DNA of 64,000 nt, taken from contig CAXXJV010000001.1 of NCBI GenBank assembly GCA_963663475.2, positions 1,888,001-1,952,000 on the forward strand. Direction: 5' to 3'. Origin of the DNA: Candidatus Cloacimonadales bacterium (GTDB taxonomy: Bacteria; Cloacimonadota; Cloacimonadia; Cloacimonadales; JAFGVF01). Both the position numbers and the translations under genes were made by a program. This document shows, piece by piece, positions 40,138 to 50,102 of this stretch (positions are counted from its first letter, which is position 1; the number at the start of each line of letters is the position of its first letter). The notes under the pieces were generated by a model. That model did not search any database. It worked only from the letters and a program-made list of their open reading frames with translations, and was not told the DNA's origin.

Positions 40138-42147
40138 CTATTCTATACCTATCTGTTTAAGCATTTTATCAAGATTCTCTAAACCTCTTTCTTCAATTGA
40201 TTTTGGAGGTTGAACTTGTTTTGATTTTGAAATTAAACGAGCTGTGCTTTCAGCCATTTTATCAAATTCTACATTTGGATTTTTTATTACATCATGTTTT
40301 AATAGCTTTGATTTATTAAAAGCTCCCTTGCTTATTTGTAGAATTGGTAACTCAAATTCCGAGATAGCTTCCTGAACTTGTTTTTGAATAATAGCTGATT
40401 TATCTTTAACATCCTTTTCAAGCTGTCTTTGGTAAGCTAGTTGTTTAAGCCATTTCTTTTTAACTAAAGGCTCATCTTCAACTAGTTTAACAAATGGATG
40501 GACACTTTTCCTTGGTAAAGCTTGGCAGATTAATTTACCTTTCTTATCATAAACTAGAACTGACCTCATATCCATCAAATCATATTTTAAAGATACTGTT
40601 TGCCCTACGTACTTGACTAAATAATCATGGTAGTAAACAATACTAAACAATTGAACTCCATTAGCTCGAACTTTTCTCTCATCAACTTTTAACATTAAGA
40701 AATTGAGTTCCGAAGCGTCTATTCTTCTTTCTTCTGGGACTACACTTGCTCTAAAAACCTCAAGAGGAGTTTTACCAGCAAGACCACCATGAGGTGTTTT
40801 CCCATACATCTCTTGAAAGTAATATGACATCATATCTTTAGTTTCTTGAATAGTAACGGGCTCTCTCTTCTTAAGCTTTTTAATCCACTTCTCATTACGC
40901 ATATGGAAGGCAGGCTTATCAGAGATGTCAGAACCTCTAAAGGTATCCATAAAACGTTCAAAGTCTTCCTGGAATGTCTTGAAGAACCTTTCCACAACTT
41001 TTGCTCTTGCATTATAAGCTTTAGCAAATTCAGCTTTGATATTAAGTCTTGGAAATACTCCACAGAATTCATCTTCTAAATTATGTTCATTCCATTTTTG
41101 ATGAAACAGCTTTGATTTAAAGGCTCTTCCGTTATCAAGATAAACGAATTTAGGTCTGCCGTTCCAGTGAAGTATACCATTTCTCAATGCCATAAGGATG
41201 TGTTCTGAATCTTCAGTATTAGCTATTGATGCTCCAACTGGATATCTACTAGCCCAATCGAAGAATAGGATTAACATCATACGTTTAGGTCTTCCTGTAT
41301 CAGGATCAATGATATCAAAAGCAAGTTTATGACCATCAGCCACCCATACATCACCAACACTAAGGTTATTAGCTCTGCTTAGACTTAAGATGTTATTGTC
41401 TTTTAAAAATTTCTCACCCATTCTGAGTAGATTCCATTGTTGTATGTTATTATCTCTCCACTCTTCACACCAGCGTCTTAGTGCTCTGCTACTAGTAGGT
41501 GATTTAATTGCTCCTAGTCTATCAAACTGTTTTAGCTTTCTGATGGCAGTTCCAATCTTAATCCTATTGGCATCTAATAAGATTCCTAATAAGAAGTTTT
41601 GCTCCTGAATAGTAGCTCTTTTTTGAGTAGATGCTTTTGAGAGACGAGTCAGAACCTTGAAGTCTCTATCATTATCTTCATAATCCTTAAGCCACATACG
41701 AACTGCTCTTTCAGTTCTTGAACCCTCCAATTTATATAACCTTGGTAGAAGCATACCTGAGTTGTAGGCTTCTAAAACTAAACGAATAGCACGTATCTTG
41801 ACTTTTGATCTCTTGTACTCTTCGAGAATCTTATCACATAACTCAGCTTTCAACTGTGCTCGTATAAGTTCTTTCTCTGGTACTGTTATCGGTGGGACTA
41901 AATCTTGGATAGACTCATCATATTCCACGATTTCAGCTTTGATAGCCTTAGAGATATTCTCTTTAGGCTTGTCTTCAGTTGAAGGTAATATAGATTTTGG
42001 AACTAAATAATATCTTTTAGTTCCACCTCTGTCTAAAGGCTTATCAATGAAAGACCATTCTTCTGATTTAGCTTTTCTATAAGCACTAGCTCTTCCAAGA
42101 GAGAGTATTTTCTGAATTTCAATAATTGTAAGTTCAGTATATTCCAT
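40138..42147 (-). CDS. MuA-like DDE transposase
   Basis: N-terminal Mu-type HTH (A..E.W...GG....Y), catalytic WVADGH / YLDNG / KVVERFF, Mu-transposase C-terminal region. Likely start is ATG 42147 after GAGGTG. Confidence 0.92.
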   Translation of the reverse strand: MEYTELTIIEIQKILSLGRASAYRKAKSEEWSFIDKPLDRGGTKRYYLVPKSILPSTEDKPKENISKAIKAEIVEYDESIQDLVPPITVPEKELIRAQLKAELCDKILEEYKRSKVKIRAIRLVLEAYNSGMLLPRLYKLEGSRTERAVRMWLKDYEDNDRDFKVLTRLSKASTQKRATIQEQNFLLGILLDANRIKIGTAIRKLKQFDRLGAIKSPTSSRALRRWCEEWRDNNIQQWNLLRMGEKFLKDNNILSLSRANNLSVGDVWVADGHKLAFDIIDPDTGRPKRMMLILFFDWASRYPVGASIANTEDSEHILMALRNGILHWNGRPKFVYLDNGRAFKSKLFHQKWNEHNLEDEFCGVFPRLNIKAEFAKAYNARAKVVERFFKTFQEDFERFMDTFRGSDISDKPAFHMRNEKWIKKLKKREPVTIQETKDMMSYYFQEMYGKTPHGGLAGKTPLEVFRASVVPEERRIDASELNFLMLKVDERKVRANGVQLFSIVYYHDYLVKYVGQTVSLKYDLMDMRSVLVYDKKGKLICQALPRKSVHPFVKLVEDEPLVKKKWLKQLAYQRQLEKDVKDKSAIIQKQVQEAISEFELPILQISKGAFNKSKLLKHDVIKNPNVEFDKMAESTARLISKSKQVQPPKSIEERGLENLDKMLKQIGIE

Positions 42148-42149
42148 AC

Positions 42150-42392
42150 TCACCTCTTTTCGCAACTCTTGTAGTTTTTATTAGTGTGCTTGCGATAGAT
42201 TTTGCTAACTTCACGAAGTTATGGTTGGAGGATTTCTAAAAATTCATCTGCTTTTCTTAAGAATCTTCCTTCATTAATAAAATAATCTAACGTTCTTCTG
42301 GAGACGGATAATTGTTCAGCTATTGCTTTAATAGTGAGACTTTTAAGTGTCATAGCTGCTCTTATTTCAGCAGGATGATACGGTGATCTCAT
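42150..42392 (-). CDS. ner: Ner-like HTH regulator (57 aa to TAA at 42219; frame stays open to TGA at 42150)
   Basis: GGAGG RBS; MRSPYHPAEIRAAMTLKSLTIKAIAEQLSVSRRTL resembles the Ner H.A.I.A motif; divergent from repressor; not in ORF track. Confidence 0.7.
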
Positions 42393-42555
42393 CCGAACCT
42401 CCTAAATTTTTATTGACATTGTTCGCAATGTTGCAAATAATGACTACTGAATCTATAAAGCTAAAAAATGCGAAACAAGTCAAGGAAAATATTCCATCAA
42501 TCGCATAAATGTGCAACAATGCGAAATAGAACTCAACCTCAAAATAGGAGATCAA
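42393..42555. promoter_or_regulatory. divergent lysis/lysogeny switch region with candidate operators
   Basis: TTGACA-17nt-AATAAT at 42413-42441. TGTTCGCAATGTTGCA (42420) is inverted relative to TGCAACAATGCGAAAT (42512); a third ATGCGAAACA lies at ~42468. Confidence 0.55.
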
Positions 42556-43284
42556 ATGGATATAAAAGATAGGCTTTTAATGTTTGTAAATGCTCTTGAT
42601 ATAAAGCGTTCCGAATTTGCAAAAAACATTGAAGTTACATCAGGCAATTTATCAGATTGGTTGAACAGAAAAAAAAATAGTAAGCCCTCCGCATCTGCAA
42701 TGGCTCGTATCAACGAACAATATGATTTGAATTTAAATTGGTTATTAACTGGCAAGGGTGGAATGTTTGTTTTAGAATCTGATGGCAATCTGTATGGAGA
42801 TGGAGATAAAAAGTATGTAGAAGAGATGACTGGAAATAATTCAGTATATCAACACAAACTAAATCCCTTTGATTCCAGGAACATTACTCTTCCTATATAT
42901 GGAGAGATTTCAGCTGGTACTCCAATTAATGGTTATGATGATTCACCATCAAAGTATATCGAGATTCCTAAAGCTTATTTGTCAGATCAAGAAGAGAAAT
43001 ATATCGCACTTAAGGTTAATGGAAATAGTATGTATCCAAAAATAATGCATGGTGATGTAGTTGTGATAAAAGAAAATATAGATGTTATAAGTTTAGATAG
43101 TAAAGTCTGTGCCTGTCAAACTCCTGAAGGTGTTACACTCAAGAAACTACAATTCGATAAAGAGAAGAAGAGGGTTATACTTAAACCTCTTAACCCAGAT
43201 TTTGATGTAATAATAATTGAAGACTTTGAGCTTGAGACCTTCAGGATTTTAGGCGAAATGGTTTTCTTGTTTAGAGTAGTATAA
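42556..43284 (+). CDS. CI-like repressor (HTH + S24 peptidase)
   Basis: N-terminal HTH, LNWLLTGKG, ISAG cleavage site, V.GNSM.P (Ser), TLKK (Lys); AGGAG before ATG 42556. Confidence 0.92.
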   Translation: MDIKDRLLMFVNALDIKRSEFAKNIEVTSGNLSDWLNRKKNSKPSASAMARINEQYDLNLNWLLTGKGGMFVLESDGNLYGDGDKKYVEEMTGNNSVYQHKLNPFDSRNITLPIYGEISAGTPINGYDDSPSKYIEIPKAYLSDQEEKYIALKVNGNSMYPKIMHGDVVVIKENIDVISLDSKVCACQTPEGVTLKKLQFDKEKKRVILKPLNPDFDVIIIEDFELETFRILGEMVFLFRVV

Positions 43285-43285
43285 T

Positions 43286-45016
43286 CTACTGACTATAATG
43301 TGATTCCAGATGATCTAAAACTTCTTTTTGGTTGTTTAATAATATTGGTTTATTCCATAAGCTATTATTTGTCAAAACTCTTAATGAATTACTGAATAAA
43401 TCAATATTTTTATGAAAGTACTTTTTCTTTTTATCTACATAATCAGAACGACCCAAAGAAGAGTTCTTTCTTCTGCTGATAAGAACCAGATTTCCTATTT
43501 TATTTGTAAGCTCTAATCTTTCGTCATCGGTAAAGTCTTTACACCATTGACTGTTTTGATGAGGGTTTTGAGGTAAGATGTGCTCAACACTCACTGTTTT
43601 TGGAATACTTAATTTAGTAGTATGGCTATGGAACAAGTACTCTAGCTTGTAGAGAATATATCTAGCATATCTTCTTTGATAAACATCACCATTTATTATT
43701 AATATTAAATTTTGTAAATCAATCTTAAATTCTTTTGAAGCAATTACTTCCTCATAATTATCAGTTTTTTCGATATCTTTCAAGAGATTATTCATATTCT
43801 CAATTCTCTGAGTTGGAGTAAATTGTAAAATCCAATCTGCAGAAAACTTATTATCTAGTTTCTCAAGAAAATTTAATAAACCCTTTTCACCAAATTTATT
43901 ATAATATACTAGAAGTGAAGGAATCCAAAATTCAGCAGGTAGTGTGACCTTCATAATTGTTAAGAGGTTATCAATTTTAAAATCAATATTTAAATTAAAG
44001 TGGCTATTGTCAAATAACTCACAATATATATCTTTATATTTTTTGATTAACCGAAAAGTATCTTCTCCTTCATTTAATAATGATGGACGATCAAAATACT
44101 CCTTTTTTTCAATATCAAAAGATTTCGGGTTGTAGATGTTTTTCTCAAACTCATCCAGTAAGTTCAAACGAGCTTTTTCTTTAACTAGTATTGTTCTGAT
44201 GTGAGATAGGAATACATCAAAGTCCTCTCCAAAGTAGTCTTCAGAATCTTCCCATTCCTTTGCGTATTTTTCTTCTAAAGTTTTGTTATTCTCTAATGCT
44301 CTTAAATTCTGGGCTTTTAAAATATCGCTATTCCTAAGTTTAACACCTCTATCATTCATAATAGTGAATAATCTAAATGCGTCTTCAAGCTCTTCTGAAG
44401 ACACATAAATCATTAATACCTTCGATCTAAAAAACTGATAAAATTCATCAATGTTAATGTCCTCGGTCTCAAAAAAATCTCTTATGACTAATATTGCATT
44501 AGCCATATTTTTAATAGATGTAATTTTTGAATCAGAAGCAATTTTTTTTAACTTATCAGTTTTTTTTGTACCTTCAAAATCACGAACATGGTCTTCAACG
44601 AATCTCGAAACATCATCTCTAATATCAAATACTATTCTTAATCGTTCTGGAATGTTGTCCCAAGGGTCTTCGCTTTGATATATACTCGACTGACATTTTT
44701 CTATAAGTTTTTTGTTTTCTGTTATGTCTCTTATTACTGCAGTAAGTAATAATAAAGTGGTAAGCCTTTGTTGACCATCTAAGAGATCGTATTCAAAGTA
44801 TTCCTGAGGACCATCTATTTTCCTTTTTTGAAGGACTATAGACCCTAAAAAATACTCTGATTTATTATTTTGCTTTTGTGCGTGTGAAATATCATCGAGC
44901 AAATCATGGACATGGTCTTTTTCCCATACGTATGGTCTTTGATATTTTGGTATTCTAAACCATTTCTCAAATACATCTTTAATATAAATTTTATCACTAT
45001 CGATTGTGTGTGCCAT
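43286..45016 (-). CDS. GmrSD-like type IV restriction protein (DUF262 + DUF1524/HNH)
   Basis: IPKYQRPYVW, LDGQQRLTT, F..MNDRG..L; C-terminal VEHILPQ, IGNLVLI...N. Confidence 0.88.
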   Translation of the reverse strand: MAHTIDSDKIYIKDVFEKWFRIPKYQRPYVWEKDHVHDLLDDISHAQKQNNKSEYFLGSIVLQKRKIDGPQEYFEYDLLDGQQRLTTLLLLTAVIRDITENKKLIEKCQSSIYQSEDPWDNIPERLRIVFDIRDDVSRFVEDHVRDFEGTKKTDKLKKIASDSKITSIKNMANAILVIRDFFETEDINIDEFYQFFRSKVLMIYVSSEELEDAFRLFTIMNDRGVKLRNSDILKAQNLRALENNKTLEEKYAKEWEDSEDYFGEDFDVFLSHIRTILVKEKARLNLLDEFEKNIYNPKSFDIEKKEYFDRPSLLNEGEDTFRLIKKYKDIYCELFDNSHFNLNIDFKIDNLLTIMKVTLPAEFWIPSLLVYYNKFGEKGLLNFLEKLDNKFSADWILQFTPTQRIENMNNLLKDIEKTDNYEEVIASKEFKIDLQNLILIINGDVYQRRYARYILYKLEYLFHSHTTKLSIPKTVSVEHILPQNPHQNSQWCKDFTDDERLELTNKIGNLVLISRRKNSSLGRSDYVDKKKKYFHKNIDLFSNSLRVLTNNSLWNKPILLNNQKEVLDHLESHYSQ

Positions 45017-45094
45017 TATAACCTCCTTTAATATTTGATGTATTTAACAACTAGTTAAATTTTTGTCAAGATATAAAAGTTATATAAGGAAATG

Positions 45095-45411
45095 ATCGAG
45101 ATCTCGTTCGTTGTCTCAAATCAAGAATTTAAAACCGATATCTCACGTGAGACAGCGAGATATCGGTTGTTTTTTGAATCCTAAACCCACAACTAGCTAC
45201 TAACATAAAGACATACAATAGATTAGTAGCATAGCAAATTCCCCAAACAACCTGTAAAGCTAGCAGAGAAGTTGTAAAAAATACCTGCAAATGTAGTTAA
45301 AATGGAAATTTTGAGACATCGATTGAGACGGCGTGTAAGTGGCGAATAAATAACACTTTATACAAGTTAACTAGCGATGTCTCACATGGAAAACTTGGGT
45401 GTCACTTTTTA
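45095..45411 (+). repeat. Mu-like right end, copy 1
   Basis: Several TGAGAC/GTCTCA boxes; ends CTCACATGGAAAACTTGGGTGTCACTTTTTA; homologous to 50103-50404 and 60523-60841. Confidence 0.9.
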
Positions 45412-46240
45412 TTGGAAATTCATCTCCTGAGAGGATAAGATTCTGGTCATAGATTCCTAAGTCTTCCTTCTCATCAACAGTTGAGTAGATAGGCTGTATA
45501 AAGGCTATATCCTTATCTGTTTCATCATTCAAATCACCAACTGGTTCAATATTAAGAGGATAGCTAGTATCAATATTATTCTCCACAATAATCATTTCAA
45601 ATGTTCCTCCTAACATCACTCCCAAACCCCTGGTAGATGATTCTCGCTGGAGGATAAATCCCATATCATCACATCCGTCGCCATTTACGTCACCCAGACA
45701 TGAAGTAAACCATTCTCTGTCACTATAATATCCTGGACCTACCAGATAACCGTATTCATAATCATAATCAGTGAATTCAATTTCTGCATCAGGTCCACCG
45801 TAGTAGAAACGATAATAGGAATAGTCAGGGGCAGGAGAATCAAAAAGTAGATATGCACATATAGCAAGATCATCATAACCATCACCATTTCCATCTAGCT
45901 CAAGTAGATAGTCAGGGTGTGCATTTAAAACACCATTTTTTTGTTCTAATACTTGAATTAGGAGTTCCATATCCAAGTCATATTTATATTCCATTACATA
46001 TCAATATCTTTGTATAGTACTATCTTGAATAGAGTATATATCATGTAGTTTATTAATATTATATGTTTGCGATAAATTGTTGAACCATTGTTTAGTTGTG
46101 TTTATCGAATCACTATAGACATTATTTACCAATATTTCATCATCATTACTAAACACGATAGCTCTTTCTCTTACATCTTCAAAAGCATTTATACTTAATA
46201 TTAACAATACACAAATAATTATTAGAAATTGTTTTTTCAT
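45412..46240 (-). pseudogene. three-part chimeric pseudogene (secreted protease-propeptide-like N-terminus + FG-GAP fragment + phage gene fragment)
   Basis: 46240-45897 signal peptide and ...AHPDY with in-frame TGA at 46001-46003; 45522-45896 similar to 48337-48711; 45412-45521 similar to 19611-19720. Confidence 0.8.
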
Positions 46241-46250
46241 CTTCTTAACC

Positions 46251-47231
46251 TCACTTAACTACTATTTTTCTTGTTAGATTTTTATATGATTTGCCATCTG
46301 TTATTTTACTTTTTACTAGATAAACACCTGCTGAAACAGTTTTTGGCAATTTAATTTCTACGTTTGATGATTTACTTCCTGAAAGTTGCTTAGAGAATAA
46401 TCTTTGTCCTCTAAGATTAAAGACTTCTATATTTTCAATATATTGCCCCTCATTTGCTTTAACTGATATATCGGATACTGTTGGGTTCGGATAACAAGTG
46501 AATTCCAAGTTTGTTGTTTCACAATCGTGATTATCATTTTCAACTGGATTTATGAATTTAAAGATCAATCTTGGACCTAAATTATTCCCTAGTTCAAAAG
46601 ATGTTTGATAACTCATAGTATCTTCACAACCATCAAAATCTCCTATTGTATCAAAATAGAACATCAATTTAAAGCTATCCTCTTCATACAAGTATCTAGA
46701 CTTTTGGTAAGATGTAGTAATATCTACCTCTTTCCAACCTGGTTCAATATTTGCATCTGCATGAGATAAATAACCTACTTCTCTCATTTCCTCTGGAAAG
46801 AAAGAAGCATGCAGATCTGAAAAGCCATAATCTACAACAGCTATTTTTAATGGTAACTCTTGTCCATAAAATGTTGGATATTCATTAATCATATTATTAC
46901 CGATTGCTGTCCCTTGGTACATCTTTAATGTTACTGATTCTAGGATAAGATCTTCTGGAAGCTCTATAAAAGGGTACTCCTGATACCACCTATATGTAGA
47001 AGATTCATCACTAAAACTTGAGGTACAATCGCCAATACTTCGTTCTGGATTTTGATAGTTATGTAATAATATATACTCGTCATCGATATACTCACCCTGA
47101 AAATAGGTAACTTTATAGATTATCCTATCATAATCTGGATGAAGTAATTGCTCAACTTCAGTTATATTATTCCCAAATAATAGAATGTAAAACAAACTAC
47201 TAAACAAAATTAAAATATTCCTTTTGTACAT
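46251..47231 (-). CDS. secreted protein with T9SS-type CTD
   Basis: Signal peptide; SVTLKMY, GWKEVDIT, PRLIF (DNRLRE-like fold, tentative); CYPNP...VFNLRGQ...AGVYL. Confidence 0.8.
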   Translation of the reverse strand: MYKRNILILFSSLFYILLFGNNITEVEQLLHPDYDRIIYKVTYFQGEYIDDEYILLHNYQNPERSIGDCTSSFSDESSTYRWYQEYPFIELPEDLILESVTLKMYQGTAIGNNMINEYPTFYGQELPLKIAVVDYGFSDLHASFFPEEMREVGYLSHADANIEPGWKEVDITTSYQKSRYLYEEDSFKLMFYFDTIGDFDGCEDTMSYQTSFELGNNLGPRLIFKFINPVENDNHDCETTNLEFTCYPNPTVSDISVKANEGQYIENIEVFNLRGQRLFSKQLSGSKSSNVEIKLPKTVSAGVYLVKSKITDGKSYKNLTRKIVVK

Positions 47232-47336
47232 TTTTTTATTACTCCTTTTTTGGTATTTTATTTAGCTCCTAGTTTTGTTGTAACTAATTAAATCCTTAAT
47301 ATACAAGGATTACTATAACTGAGATGTTTTTTCATT

Positions 47337-49022
47337 TTAAAACTCCTTGTTCTTCTCCCTGTGATTCGGGAGATGGTTAAAATATTTAACAATAAATTTC
47401 GAAGTTGCCAAACGCTTGTTATTAATTTTGATAGTAGCGATATATAAGCCTGATGCTAATGATTCTAACTTAATAGCATCACTAGAGTTTTTGATATTTG
47501 AAGGGTTAAGTTTTCTCTCATGAACTTTCTGTCCTTTGAGATTATAGACGGAAACCATCGCGTTTTCTATATTCTTGGGTAAATGACCCTCAAGCTTTAG
47601 ATTTATCTTAATATTTTTACTGGAAACTGGGTTCGGATAGATGATTAAATTAGTGCTTGCTTGAGGAAATACATCGTTATCCTCATTACTTACGCTAGTA
47701 TCAGTCAGATTAGAATTACCGGCATAAATTGTTACATAACCCGGTGTAGCATAACCTCCCCAATCATCTGGAGCTGAAATAGCAATATCATCATAGCCAT
47801 CATTATTATAGTCTCCAACATTTACATTTAATCCAAAATATCCTGCAAACTCGGGATATATTGGACATGTTAGTTGTAAATCATAGATGCCGTTAGGATT
47901 TTCTCCACCCAACCATATAGCTGCTGTCCCATCCCATAAACCATAGGACGAATTACCTCCAACAAAATCACTATATCCATCTCCATTAAAATCACCGTGT
48001 TTTATCCATCGCCCAAAACCACCAGAACCCCTGATGAAAGTTAAATACGGAGGGTTACACTGAATTGGATATAGTGTCGAGTTTTCAAAACTATTTCTCC
48101 AAAGTGCTAACCCAAAATTATCAGAATAGTAATTTTCGGTAATTGGATAAAGAAAGTCAGGAAATCCATCTCCATTCATATCACCAACTGTTATCGCTCC
48201 ATTAAAATTATAAGTTTGTTCATAATAGCAGATAATTTCATACTCTGTTAGTGATAATGTAGAGTCTCCATAATATATTTTGGTGAAATCTTCATTAGAA
48301 TAATTTCGATAGCCTACAGCAAAATCAGCATAATTATCATCATTCAAATCACCAACTGGTTCAATATTAAGAGGATAGCTAGTATCAATATTATTCTCCA
48401 CAATAATCATTTCAAATGTTCCACCCAACATAATTCCTAAAGCTCTGGACATTGAATCTCGCGAAAGTATAAATCCCATATCATCACATCCGTCGCCATT
48501 TACGTCACCCAGACAGGAAGTAAACCACTCTCTGTCACTATAATATCCTGGACCTACCAGATAACCGTATTCATAATCATAATCAGTGAAATCTAGTTCT
48601 GCACCAGGTCCACCGTAGTAGAAGCGATAAAAATGAAAATCAGGATTGTTGAGACCAAACAAAATTACTCCCTCTATTGCTAAATCTTCATAACCATCTC
48701 CATTGACATCTCCACAAGAAAATACCCCTAAACTTACATTATAATCAGTCAAAGTTGTTATTTGGTTCGGCTCATTATTATACCCAAAATTTTCTCCTCC
48801 CCAAAAAAGATGAATTTCTCCTTGGTTTCCCTCTTCCATTGCCAAAACAAACAAATCATCAACTCCATTAGCATTAAAATCTAGGGTTGCCATCCCTTTA
48901 CCATATTCACTATTTCCCCAGGGTCCTTCAAAAGTATTCATTATCTCCATATAATTTTGGGCAAAGAGAGAAAGAGTGAAGAGAAGCATTACTGTAATAA
49001 GGCAATATTTTAACAATTTCAT
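47337..49022 (-). CDS. secreted FG-GAP (integrin-alpha-like) repeat protein with T9SS-type CTD
   Basis: Multiple GD(V/L/M/F/Y)NxDG..D repeats; IYPNP...VYNLKGQ...SGLY...KFIVK, with a short read-through tail. Confidence 0.88.
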   Translation of the reverse strand: MKLLKYCLITVMLLFTLSLFAQNYMEIMNTFEGPWGNSEYGKGMATLDFNANGVDDLFVLAMEEGNQGEIHLFWGGENFGYNNEPNQITTLTDYNVSLGVFSCGDVNGDGYEDLAIEGVILFGLNNPDFHFYRFYYGGPGAELDFTDYDYEYGYLVGPGYYSDREWFTSCLGDVNGDGCDDMGFILSRDSMSRALGIMLGGTFEMIIVENNIDTSYPLNIEPVGDLNDDNYADFAVGYRNYSNEDFTKIYYGDSTLSLTEYEIICYYEQTYNFNGAITVGDMNGDGFPDFLYPITENYYSDNFGLALWRNSFENSTLYPIQCNPPYLTFIRGSGGFGRWIKHGDFNGDGYSDFVGGNSSYGLWDGTAAIWLGGENPNGIYDLQLTCPIYPEFAGYFGLNVNVGDYNNDGYDDIAISAPDDWGGYATPGYVTIYAGNSNLTDTSVSNEDNDVFPQASTNLIIYPNPVSSKNIKINLKLEGHLPKNIENAMVSVYNLKGQKVHERKLNPSNIKNSSDAIKLESLASGLYIATIKINNKRLATSKFIVKYFNHLPNHREKNKEF

Positions 49023-49419
49023 AGTTCCTCCTATGAAGTTAACAAATTAGCATATCATTGTATAATCCAAAAATATGGTTTATGAGTTTAGATGTCAATA
49101 TTTATTTCAAACTTTTTATAAAATTGTATTTATCCCATTGTAAAGATGTTTTATTCTAAAAGTGTTTAGAAAGTGTATCGTTATTGAGGATTATTAGATG
49201 TGAATATGCCCTCACAAGACAGGATTAAAAAAGCAACTAGTTAGGGTTAAGTTTCATATAAAGTTTATTAGTAGTTAAGTGCAGACCATGCTGTCCACTA
49301 TCCGAAAGAAGAGGCATAAATCCCCTTTTAATATAGTCTAAACCTTAGAAGGATTGTTTTTTTTGATATTACGCCTTGAACTATTTTAGAGAAAGCCTAA
49401 ATAAATAATTTGGTAGTCT

Positions 49420-50091
49420 TTGAGTCTTCTACAACATCATCTTTTAATGAACCACCTTAAACTATCATAAAGTAATCGACCAGCAGTCCATTCTTGAAGT
49501 TGTTGAAATCAAAGGTCTTAATCTGTTCTAAAATCTCTATATTAATAGCCACAGGTAAGCATGAGACACCCCAAGCAGTTGACTTATGAGTTGGATTTTT
49601 AAAGTGAATCACATCATTACTTGAGAAGAATCTCTTTTCTCCATTTTTATAATGAAGGAAATCAGGTTTGAAGAATCCAAACTCATCATAGTTTTCTATT
49701 AATTGAACCTCTGTTGGTAGTAGTCTTTCCAAGCCAACCCACTCTCCTGATGCACTTCTCATTTTGATGATAAAGCCATTACCACATGCTAGATAGTATT
49801 TAAGCAGTTCTCCAAGAGTTGAAAGGATATCATCATTTCCAGGATACTGAGCTGATGCTAACCAATTTTTAAGAGAGGTATTTTTTACTTCAAGTTGCAT
49901 AAAACATGTGTTTACTTTAGAAGCAATACAACCTGAATGGTACTCATCTTTATCGATAAGTTTAAGTAGTTTGAAAATAGAGTAGGGAGCTGGTATAATT
50001 CTTTCTTTCTCATAAGATTTGGATAATTTTCTTCTACCTTGCCACTTATAAGAATCTAAGTTAACAGGCTCAGGCGAGTAGTTCTTTTTAA
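49420..50091 (-). pseudogene. phage portal protein fragment, copy 2
   Basis: Colinear with 28238-28811; 5' end replaced by the right-end repeat; nonsense TAA at 49457-49459 (V*GG). Confidence 0.85.
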
Positions 50092-50102
50092 ATAGTTTTA
50101 AT

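Larger units (their letters stand above)
17925..45411 (-). mobile_element. defective Mu-like transposable prophage carrying secreted-protein cargo (unit 1)
   Basis: c repressor/ner switch, DDE transposase, MuB ATPase, DUF3164, terminases, gpF, portal fragment; inverted terminal motifs at 17925 and 45411. Confidence 0.85.

Noticed and set aside
39416-42147. Tn7/CAST-type TnsB-TnsC
   Set aside because: No TnsA, TniQ/TnsD or Cas genes; neighbours (c, ner, DUF3164, terminase, gpF) are Mu-like.
45522-48711. DGR template/variable repeat pair (FG-GAP duplicate; also the portal duplicate)
   Set aside because: No reverse transcriptase in the window, and differences are not adenine-specific.
42219-49459. 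Stop-codon reassignment (in-frame TAA/TGA at 42219, 46001, 49457)
   Set aside because: Different stop codons are involved, all three stops terminate normal genes here, and two of the three sites are in otherwise broken genes; nonsense mutation is simpler.
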